Position numbers and translations under genes: made by a program. DNA of 64,000 nucleotides from Candidatus Dojkabacteria bacterium. Lineage in GTDB: Bacteria > Patescibacteriota > Dojkabacteria > B142 > OLB20. The notes beneath the pieces were generated by a model, which was not told the DNA's origin, searched no databases, and saw nothing but the letters and a program-made list of their open reading frames with translations. The stretch spans positions 978,209 to 1,042,208 of the forward strand of contig CP129475.1 of the NCBI GenBank assembly GCA_030583785.1, written 5' to 3'. This document shows, piece after piece, positions 56,855 through 64,000 of this stretch. How positions within the stretch are numbered: the first letter of the stretch is position 1; each line of letters opens with the position of its first letter.

Positions 56855-59104
56855 TCATGGTGTGTATTTCCAATTAATTACAGTACCTGCAGGAATATCT
56901 GCCGATATGATTTGTTGTGCAATTGGTGTTTCGATGTAATCTTTTATACTTCTTTCGATTGGTCTGGCTCCGAATCTTGGATCGTAAGCTGCGGTAACCA
57001 TCTTTATTAGCTCCTCGTCGGGGGTAACTAGAGCTATTTGTTTAGCAAGTAGGTTATTTTGGATGCGTTTAATTTTTAGTTTGGCGATTTGAAGAAGATC
57101 CTCGATAGCAAGGGGATTAAAGGGAACTATCTCGTCAAATCTATTAATAAATTCGGGGCGAAAATGCTTAAGTAGTTCAGGCAAAATTTGATTTTCAAGG
57201 AACTGTTTTTTATCTGCTTTGAATTGTGAATTTTCTGAAGACAAATCTTTAAAAATTGCGTCGGAGGCAATGTTACTTGTAAAGATTAGGATTGCGTTTC
57301 TATAATCTGCGAGTTTGCCTCTGCTGTCGGTAAGGCGACCTTCATCCAGAACTTGTAAAAAGATATCAAAGATTTTTGGATGAGCTTTCTCGATCTCATC
57401 GAGCAGAATGAGCGAATATGGTTTCTGTTGAATTGGGTTGGTAAACTGGCCTCCTTCTTCGTAACCTGTGTAACCCGGCGGTGACCCTATTAGTCTTTGG
57501 CTGGTGTGTTGCTCGCCGTATTCACTCATATCAAGACGAACAAAGGCTCTTTCGTCGTCGTAATAAATGTTGGCAAGTTGTTTAGCAAGTTCTGTTTTTC
57601 CAACTCCACTGGGACCAAGAAATAGAAAGGAACCGATCGGTTTCTTTTGATCTTTAAGTCCTGCTCGTGATCTTTTTATTGCTTCGACAACAACAGAGAC
57701 TGCTTGGTTCTGTCCGATTACAACTGATCTAAGGTTTTCGTCGAGTTTTATCAATTTTTCTCTGTCGGTAACAGAAATCGATTGCAAAGGTATGCCAATT
57801 TTCTCTGATAAAACTCGACGAATAGTCTCAGATTCCACCACATTTGATCCAGCAAAGGCAGTTGCGGTAAATGATTCTTCTAGCAGGGCAATTGCCTTCT
57901 GGGGGAAATAAAGACTGGCGAGATATCTTTTGCAAAGCTCAATAATTTCAGTAAGTAGTTCCGGAGAAATACTGATATTTTGTGCTGTTTGAAGTTCCTG
58001 TGCTTTAATCGCTAATATGTTTGCCAGATCATTTTTATCTGGTTCGGAAACTTGAACAATATCAAAGTTTTCATTGAATAATTCGTTTTTCTCTAAGGTT
58101 GAACGATAGAACGAGGGCTCTGCACCTATCAAGACTACAATTTCTTTATTCCTAAACACCAGATTGAGAAAACTATTTAAGGCGAATCCTTCTTGTGAGA
58201 TTTCGCTGAATCTGATTCCCTCAATGAAAAGAATTAGTTTTCCAAGCTTACTCAATTCTTCCATAAATTCCGGTAGGTTGGAGCCGGGATATTCGGCACT
58301 GGCAATCAGTGAAGAGAAATTGATTTTCAAAATTCTATATGCTGCCAAATTTGCAGGAACATTGCTATTATGAACCAGCTCAAAGGCAAGGCCTTCAACT
58401 ATTGCAGATTTGCCGACACCATTTTCACCTATCAGCAGAACACTGCTTTTTTCTTCTCTGGTGATTATTCTAAGAATCTGATTAAGTTCTTTTTCTCGGC
58501 CAACAATAGGTCGTGTATTTGTTTTTTGGGCTTCGAGTGTCAAATCTTCGCATAATTTGGCCACATTTGGCGCAACATCTGCGATACTGCCGGCTGTTTT
58601 TCTAGTTCTCTTATCGCTAGATTCTGATTTATTTATAAGTGGATTCGATCCTTTAATTGCCAGTTGAAGAGCTTCAATTTCTAGTGATGCTTGCCAAAGA
58701 TGGACTAGTTCGACAAATTCATTATCACCGGCTTTAATGCAGGCATTAAGGATCAATGCTCTCGCATCTGGACTGAAAATAACTTTACCAGAAAAAGTAA
58801 CTTGCTCCGCCTGCGCTGTTCTGTATCTAATGGCGGCTTCTTCTGCAGTTCTAGGTTCAATTTTTAGTTCGATTAATCTTTGCCGATATTGTGCTTTTGC
58901 GACTAAGGCTAAGAATATGTCGTAGTCTGTCAGGATTCGTTTTCCCTGATTTCGTAGCTTTTCTCCTAGTTCGAGTAAGAATTTGTAGATTTCAGTTGAT
59001 AGCTTTTCGGAAACAAGGATTGAGCTTCTAGCAGAATTAGATTGCGTCGGTTGCTTCGCAGGATTTACTGTTCTGATTTGTGGCTGTGGCTGCAATTCTG
59101 TCAT
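56855..59104 (-). CDS. Clp/Hsp100-family AAA+ chaperone (ClpC/ClpA/ClpB-type, two AAA domains)
   Basis: D1 Walker A is GENGVGKSAIVEGLA and D2 Walker A is GPSGVGKTELAK. The sensor region reads LIGSPPGYTGYEEGG. Confidence 0.88.
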   Translation of the reverse strand: MTELQPQPQIRTVNPAKQPTQSNSARSSILVSEKLSTEIYKFLLELGEKLRNQGKRILTDYDIFLALVAKAQYRQRLIELKIEPRTAEEAAIRYRTAQAEQVTFSGKVIFSPDARALILNACIKAGDNEFVELVHLWQASLEIEALQLAIKGSNPLINKSESSDKRTRKTAGSIADVAPNVAKLCEDLTLEAQKTNTRPIVGREKELNQILRIITREEKSSVLLIGENGVGKSAIVEGLAFELVHNSNVPANLAAYRILKINFSSLIASAEYPGSNLPEFMEELSKLGKLILFIEGIRFSEISQEGFALNSFLNLVFRNKEIVVLIGAEPSFYRSTLEKNELFNENFDIVQVSEPDKNDLANILAIKAQELQTAQNISISPELLTEIIELCKRYLASLYFPQKAIALLEESFTATAFAGSNVVESETIRRVLSEKIGIPLQSISVTDREKLIKLDENLRSVVIGQNQAVSVVVEAIKRSRAGLKDQKKPIGSFLFLGPSGVGKTELAKQLANIYYDDERAFVRLDMSEYGEQHTSQRLIGSPPGYTGYEEGGQFTNPIQQKPYSLILLDEIEKAHPKIFDIFLQVLDEGRLTDSRGKLADYRNAILIFTSNIASDAIFKDLSSENSQFKADKKQFLENQILPELLKHFRPEFINRFDEIVPFNPLAIEDLLQIAKLKIKRIQNNLLAKQIALVTPDEELIKMVTAAYDPRFGARPIERSIKDYIETPIAQQIISADIPAGTVINWKYTP

Positions 59105-59388
59105 AGAAGATTAATAGTTTGAAAACCAAGAATTATGAACAGCAACAACAAGGTAGATATTGAACAGATCGAAAGCACAATAGCAAATCTTCTGGTTAGC
59201 TTTGTAAGATCATGACCACGGAAGTCAAAGAATGCAGGTAGATCCCAAAAGATTATTTGGTCCTCTTTCTGCAGTTGGATAGATTCTCCTTTGCATGCTG
59301 GGCATAACAAGGATGAATTTGAAATAGGAAGAGGAGAATATCCCCATCCTTGGCACTCTGGACATTTTACGATGTTTTGATCAGACAT
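59101..59388 (-). CDS. small zinc-ribbon protein with a C-terminal TM helix
   Basis: Motifs CPECQG...CPACKG, then a hydrophobic helix. Overlaps the Clp ATPase start in an ATGA junction. Confidence 0.45.
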   Translation of the reverse strand: MSDQNIVKCPECQGWGYSPLPISNSSLLCPACKGESIQLQKEDQIIFWDLPAFFDFRGHDLTKLTRRFAIVLSICSISTLLLLFIILGFQTINLL

Positions 59389-59443
59389 TTCTTTAATATC
59401 TTAGCATTTACAGAAATGCCTGCCTACACAAATTGCGGTTCGT

Positions 59444-59728
59444 TTATGAAGCTTCTGGAAAAATCTGCATACCAGTTTCTGCGTCCTTAATGATAATGCA
59501 GAATACAGGACAGCTCTGTGCAGCAGCGAGAATCACATCGTCTTGATCCCAATCTGTTTCAAGGATATAGGCATTGTTTTCTTCGTCGAGCTGAAAAGTG
59601 TCTGCGGCAATAGCCACGCAACTAGCAGCACCAATACAAAGGTCTTGTAAGACTTCGACAATGTATTTGCTTTTGCCGGGATTAGTTCCTGTTTGGTTAC
59701 TTCCGTCGATTTTTACTTTTGCAGGCAT
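59444..59728 (-). CDS. single-cluster ferredoxin ([3Fe-4S]/[4Fe-4S] type)
   Basis: Motif CIGAASC...CP, as in small archaeal-type ferredoxins. Confidence 0.6.
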   Translation of the reverse strand: MPAKVKIDGSNQTGTNPGKSKYIVEVLQDLCIGAASCVAIAADTFQLDEENNAYILETDWDQDDVILAAAQSCPVFCIIIKDAETGMQIFPEAS

Positions 59729-59785
59729 TTAATTAGGATAAAACTTTATGACCTGATGATACTTTAAGTGACCTTGTTTGGCAAA

Positions 59786-61009
59786 CTAATAAGCATATCT
59801 CTCTTCTGGGGATGGTCCGGTGTCAACGATAGCAGGAGGGTCTTCTGGTTCTTTTGATCTTTTGACAATTTTAGTTCGGGATACCGCACGGTTACGAATA
59901 GATATGAATGTGAACAGTATTAGGATTAGAGCGATAACTATTAATCCGGTTGTTAGTGCATTGTTAAAATCCCCAAAGTAGAAGGCTACAACTGCAATTA
60001 TTGCCATAGCAGAAGTTTCTACATAGAGTGTTTGTTTTGTTGTTAGGCCTGCTACCATCAACCGGTGATGTAAATGCACTCTTCCACTGATAGATAATAG
60101 TTTGAAGATATTAATTGTTTTATTTTCTTTCATTCTATTGATTAACACCCAGATCATATCGAGTATAGGTATGCTCAAGATAATGATGCTTGTGGTTAAT
60201 TTAGGCCCATTACCGGCTGTGGCTACAGAACTAATCATGATAGAGAGAACTGCAATTATGAAACCGTAACCATGACCTACCGTTCCGCCAATTATTTTGG
60301 AAGGAGGGTAGTTGTATAGAATGAACCCCAGAATTCCAAATGCCAGAACAAATGGAATAAATGCCAGGTCTAACGCTCCAAAACGAACACTTAAGATTGA
60401 CATAACTAAGGCTGCGATTATCGCCATTCCTTCTCCAAGCGCGTCGATTCCACAAACCCAGTTTAGTGCGTTGACTATAAGTAGAATCCAAATAACCGTG
60501 ATGATGTCGGCTGGAAGGTTCATATAATAGACCAATGATCCGAAATTGATAGCAGTAGAACTTGCTACAAAATCGAGGTCAAGTCCTGCTACAGAGATTC
60601 CGGTTATTGTAGAGCCTGTTATTACTACTATTACTGCTGCAATGAGTTGAAACAGAAGCTGTACTTTTCCAGAAAGTTCGTATTTATCATCTAATATTCC
60701 CACAATAGTCAGTATTGCAAGTCCAACAAACATTCCGCCCATCTGAGTAGACATATGAACAGTACCGGCAGCTATAATCATAAAAGGGATTATTACTGCT
60801 AGAGCTCCAAGTCTGGGCTTTACATTATCATGTAGTCTTTGACTTATTGTTTTATCGGTTCTTTTGCGCATAGTTGCAGGAAGATCAACAAAGTCAAACT
60901 TCTCTGCAATTACTCCAATGATTGGTGTAAGGATTACCGCTGCCAAGAATGCTAGAAGTGCATAAGGCAACATATTAATGTATGGTTCTAGGCTAACTAT
61001 ATCGGTCAC
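59786..61009 (-). CDS. glycosyltransferase family 4 polyprenyl-phosphate sugar-1-phosphate transferase (WecA/TagO/MraY family)
   Basis: 10 to 11 TM helices. Motifs ILDD..., NALNWVCGIDALGEG (the NxxNxxDGxDGL motif) and HLHHR. Confidence 0.75.
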   Translation of the reverse strand: MTDIVSLEPYINMLPYALLAFLAAVILTPIIGVIAEKFDFVDLPATMRKRTDKTISQRLHDNVKPRLGALAVIIPFMIIAAGTVHMSTQMGGMFVGLAILTIVGILDDKYELSGKVQLLFQLIAAVIVVITGSTITGISVAGLDLDFVASSTAINFGSLVYYMNLPADIITVIWILLIVNALNWVCGIDALGEGMAIIAALVMSILSVRFGALDLAFIPFVLAFGILGFILYNYPPSKIIGGTVGHGYGFIIAVLSIMISSVATAGNGPKLTTSIIILSIPILDMIWVLINRMKENKTINIFKLLSISGRVHLHHRLMVAGLTTKQTLYVETSAMAIIAVVAFYFGDFNNALTTGLIVIALILILFTFISIRNRAVSRTKIVKRSKEPEDPPAIVDTGPSPEERYAY

Positions 61010-61533
61010 TAGTAAATTACTAATAATGAAACTAATTGATAAAATCCAACAATACCAAGCATATTAAATACCGCTAGACCACTGTTAAGCATAAACGAAA
61101 GACGACGATCGAACTTATAGATTGAACTGCTAAGATTAATTAGCATAACTTGTGCAGCACCAACAACAACAGGAAGGGCAATCAGAAACTCTTTGTCCAC
61201 AAGTTCCCAGCTTTTTGTGGCCTGCTTATAGACTAATGGAACTTCTGTTATGTTGTCGAAGGTTGATCCCGCTATCATATATAGCATCACCAATATCAAA
61301 AGAACTGAAGAGGTAATTGCAAGGCTTGTGTTTAGGTTTCGCCAGTAGGGGAAGACCTGAGCGACATTACCGGCTTTGTTGATTTGATTTTTAAGATTGT
61401 AGTACCACTCGAGACGAGATTTTTTTAGCGGCAACGAATATTGATCTTCTGAAATCAAGATGCTTTTTTCTTGGTTAATTTGAACCAAGGCAGAGGTTGT
61501 ATTTGCTGTTTTGTTTTTCTTCCTGAAGATCAT
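61009..61533 (-). CDS. membrane protein, hypothetical
   Basis: 174 aa with 3 to 4 TM helices. Abuts the GT4 gene on the same strand. Confidence 0.45.
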   Translation of the reverse strand: MIFRKKNKTANTTSALVQINQEKSILISEDQYSLPLKKSRLEWYYNLKNQINKAGNVAQVFPYWRNLNTSLAITSSVLLILVMLYMIAGSTFDNITEVPLVYKQATKSWELVDKEFLIALPVVVGAAQVMLINLSSSIYKFDRRLSFMLNSGLAVFNMLGIVGFYQLVSLLVIY

Positions 61534-61682
61534 TGCTAGATTATAGCACTATCTTTTAGTCCCGCCATTATTTGAAAAAAAGCCACTCCTTTGGTATTAT
61601 CAAGTGAAGGAATGGTACTTGTGGTGAGCGAATGCTCACCATTTCGTTTCTAACCTTCCTCTAAATTTTTAGTAATAACATT

Positions 61683-62963
61683 ATGTCATCACAAACAGAT
61701 TTTCTGTCTGCGATTAACCAGATTGCGGCAGAAAGAAACATTGATCCAGACGAAGTACTCGAGGCCATTAAACAGGCTGTAAAAACCGGTTTTAGAAGAG
61801 ACTATCCAGAGGAAGAAGAGGGTTCTGTACTTGAGGTCGAAATTGATCCAACAATGGGCGCGATTCGCGTATTCGCAGATAAAAAAGTCGTTGACAAGGT
61901 AACAAGTCCTGCAACTCAAATCAGTCTTAGCGATGCCAAAAAATTAGAAAAAAAGCTTAGCATCGGAGATCACCTATTAGTCGACATTACTCCCTCAGGA
62001 GATTTCGGCAGGGTAGCTGCACAGGCTGCCAAACAGGTAATCCTACAGAAAATACGAGAAGCCGAAAAAGAAGCAGTGATGGTTGAGTTTAAGGATAAAA
62101 TTGGAGAAATCGATTACGGAGTTGTTCAAAGAATGGATGGAGAGAATGTGATCTTCGAAATCCGCAGAGCTATCGCCTTAATGCCAATAGACGATCGAAT
62201 CCCATCAGAATTCTACAGAAGTGGCAGTAGATTGAAAGTATTGCTTAAGGAGATATCAACGGGTCCAAGAGGCAAACAATTAATTGTTTCCAGAGCCGCT
62301 CCTGAATTCTTGGTTGGATTATTCAAGATTGAAGTCCCAGAAATATTAAGCGGTTCAGTAGAGATTAAGGCTATTGCTAGAGAGGCAGGTTCTCGTTCAA
62401 AGGTTGCAGTAGTATCAAACTCGGACGGGGTTGATCCAATCGGTTCTTGTGTTGGACAAAAAGGAGTCAGAATCAATGCAATTATGAACGAACTAAAATT
62501 CGGACCGGTAGAAGAAAAAATTGACATTATACTTTGGGACGAAGATATCCAGCATTTTATCGCTAATGCCTTAAGTCCAGCACAGGTTATTAGTGTCGAA
62601 ATTACAGATTCACAAAATCACGAAGCAAAAGTTATTGTCCCAGATGATCAACTTTCACTTGCTATCGGAAAAGAGGGGCAAAATGTTCGACTTGCAGCAA
62701 GACTTACAGGATGGAACATCGATATACAAGGGGAAACTCTTAAAGCCAACGACCAGGAACAACACGGAAAAATCGACTCCGAAAATACTGCTGAAAATGC
62801 TGATTCTCTATCCTCACTAAAATTGTCTACAAGAATTCTTAAGGTTCTCGAAAAGGCTGGGATCACTTCTGTATCTCAGTTAAAAGAATCGATTGAACAA
62901 GAAAAAGCTATTGCAGGAGTTGGTGAGAAATCATTAGAAGAAATAAAGGCTGCTCTAAGCTAA
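61683..62963 (+). CDS. nusA: transcription termination/antitermination factor NusA
   Basis: N-terminal domain, S1 domain and two KH domains (GSCVGQKGVRI), plus a C-terminal HhH module. Confidence 0.92.
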   Translation: MSSQTDFLSAINQIAAERNIDPDEVLEAIKQAVKTGFRRDYPEEEEGSVLEVEIDPTMGAIRVFADKKVVDKVTSPATQISLSDAKKLEKKLSIGDHLLVDITPSGDFGRVAAQAAKQVILQKIREAEKEAVMVEFKDKIGEIDYGVVQRMDGENVIFEIRRAIALMPIDDRIPSEFYRSGSRLKVLLKEISTGPRGKQLIVSRAAPEFLVGLFKIEVPEILSGSVEIKAIAREAGSRSKVAVVSNSDGVDPIGSCVGQKGVRINAIMNELKFGPVEEKIDIILWDEDIQHFIANALSPAQVISVEITDSQNHEAKVIVPDDQLSLAIGKEGQNVRLAARLTGWNIDIQGETLKANDQEQHGKIDSENTAENADSLSSLKLSTRILKVLEKAGITSVSQLKESIEQEKAIAGVGEKSLEEIKAALS

Positions 62964-63334
62964 TGAACAAAATTAAAACGGTCAAGAAAAAACAGGCAAT
63001 GCGTACTTGCATTGCAACAGGCAAGAAGTATCCAAAAAACGACCTTATCAGGTTTGTACGCACCTCAGATGGAACTATCAAGGTTGATCTAACTGGCAAG
63101 TTGGAAGGCAGAGGTGCGAATATGGCAATGGAAGCAGATAACTTCGACTTAGCCATAAAGAAGAAAGCTTTTAATCGCGCTTTCAAGTTAGAAAAGAATT
63201 TAACTACGGATGATTTAGCAACATTAAAAAAGGATTTTCTCGCCGCAATAGAAGAGAAGCTATTCCGTAAAGGTAAACAGAAAGTTACGATAAAAGTCTC
63301 GAGATCTGAACTAGAAAATATAGCAAATAAATAA
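62963..63334 (+). CDS. ylxR: YlxR/DUF448-family RNA-binding protein
   Basis: Motifs RTCIATGK...LIRFV and GRGANM. Canonical position after nusA. Confidence 0.75.
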   Translation: MNKIKTVKKKQAMRTCIATGKKYPKNDLIRFVRTSDGTIKVDLTGKLEGRGANMAMEADNFDLAIKKKAFNRAFKLEKNLTTDDLATLKKDFLAAIEEKLFRKGKQKVTIKVSRSELENIANK

Positions 63335-63336
63335 TA

Positions 63337-64000
63337 CTAGATCAGTTTTACAGATTCACTAACGGCTCCAACGAAAGTTGAGATTTCTTCTGATGCATGA
63401 GATGCATTTATCTGGACTCTGATCTCATCTCTGCCTTTAGGCACAACCGGATAGTTGATTGCTGTAACTAAGTATCCACGCTTGAATAATTCCTTTGTTA
63501 GTAATTTCGTTTTTTCTGTATCTCCGATAAGGATAGGTTGTATCGGATGAATTGAATCTGAAGCCATTTCGATGCCGATTTTCTTAATCTCTTCTTTGAA
63601 AAGTTGTACATTACTTTCTAGCTTTTGTAGTAGAGCCTGTCCTTCTGTCGAATCGAGCAGATTAACTGCTTGATTTGCTGCGGCTGCAGTTCCCGGGGTG
63701 ATAGAATTTGAATAAATATAGGTTGCTGCACTTTCTCGCAGATAATCAATTACTGCTTGATTTGCAGCAACATAGCCTCCGTCGGTGCCAAAACCTTTTC
63801 CTAGTGTTCCAACTAAAACATCAGCTGTTCCAAGACTGACTTCTTCGGTCCCTCGTCCGGTTTTTCCGAAGGCGGCAACACCATGACAGTCATCGATAAT
63901 TGTCAGGACTCCTTGTTCATATTCTTTATCGTACATGTCTGCAATTGCCTGGAGTTTCTGTAAATCTTGATATTCGCCGAGCATGCTAAATACTCCATCA
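63337..64000 (-). CDS. alpha-oxoamine synthase-family PLP enzyme (Kbl/BioF/serine-palmitoyltransferase-like), partial
   Basis: Motifs DDCHGVAAFGKTGRG and GTLGKGFG..GGY (PLP lysine). The frame is open to the window end, so the N-terminal half lies outside. Confidence 0.75.
   Translation of the reverse strand, partial: DGVFSMLGEYQDLQKLQAIADMYDKEYEQGVLTIIDDCHGVAAFGKTGRGTEEVSLGTADVLVGTLGKGFGTDGGYVAANQAVIDYLRESAATYIYSNSITPGTAAAANQAVNLLDSTEGQALLQKLESNVQLFKEEIKKIGIEMASDSIHPIQPILIGDTEKTKLLTKELFKRGYLVTAINYPVVPKGRDEIRVQINASHASEEISTFVGAVSESVKLI

Overview
This 64 kb window is a densely coded stretch of chromosome, about 38% GC, with mostly tight gene junctions. It looks like a small-genome bacterium, possibly CPR-like or Chloroflexi-like with a Gram-positive-type envelope. 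I could not assign a phylum from sequence alone.

Housekeeping genes I recognise, in order: tRNA-Asn directly before gatCAB, then recJ, glyA, folD, pgl and zwf. Next come a tRNA-Arg/tRNA-Lys pair and a CsoR-like regulator followed by trxA-trxB. A pyrimidine/dTTP cluster follows (thyA, dCMP deaminase, DHFR-like protein, dcd, Nudix hydrolase, tmk). After that are dus, a short trigger factor and recF. A suf operon follows (sufC, sufB, short sufD, an unknown gene and a methyltransferase, sufS, sufU). The rest is a ClpC/ClpB-type ATPase, a ferredoxin, a WecA/MraY-family transferase, nusA-ylxR, and a partial alpha-oxoamine synthase at the window edge.

The accessory content is where the interest lies:
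- A single 10.2 kb ORF (3402 aa) encodes a giant glycine-rich surface protein. It contains about 4.5 tandem copies of a 1071-nt unit, and the later copies are nucleotide-identical.
- Two adjacent Cys-rich surface paralogs with DUF11-like C-terminal domains share a near-identical internal cassette of about 430 nt.
- Three secreted proteins end in a similar 'ISD(E/Q)' motif followed by a TM helix and basic residues. This is a candidate sorting signal.
- The suf operon carries an inserted 365-aa gene of unknown function and a SAM methyltransferase.
- A CsoR-family repressor with a GC-rich inverted repeat sits upstream of a thioredoxin whose active site reads CQPC.

I found no CRISPR array, rRNA gene or mobile element.
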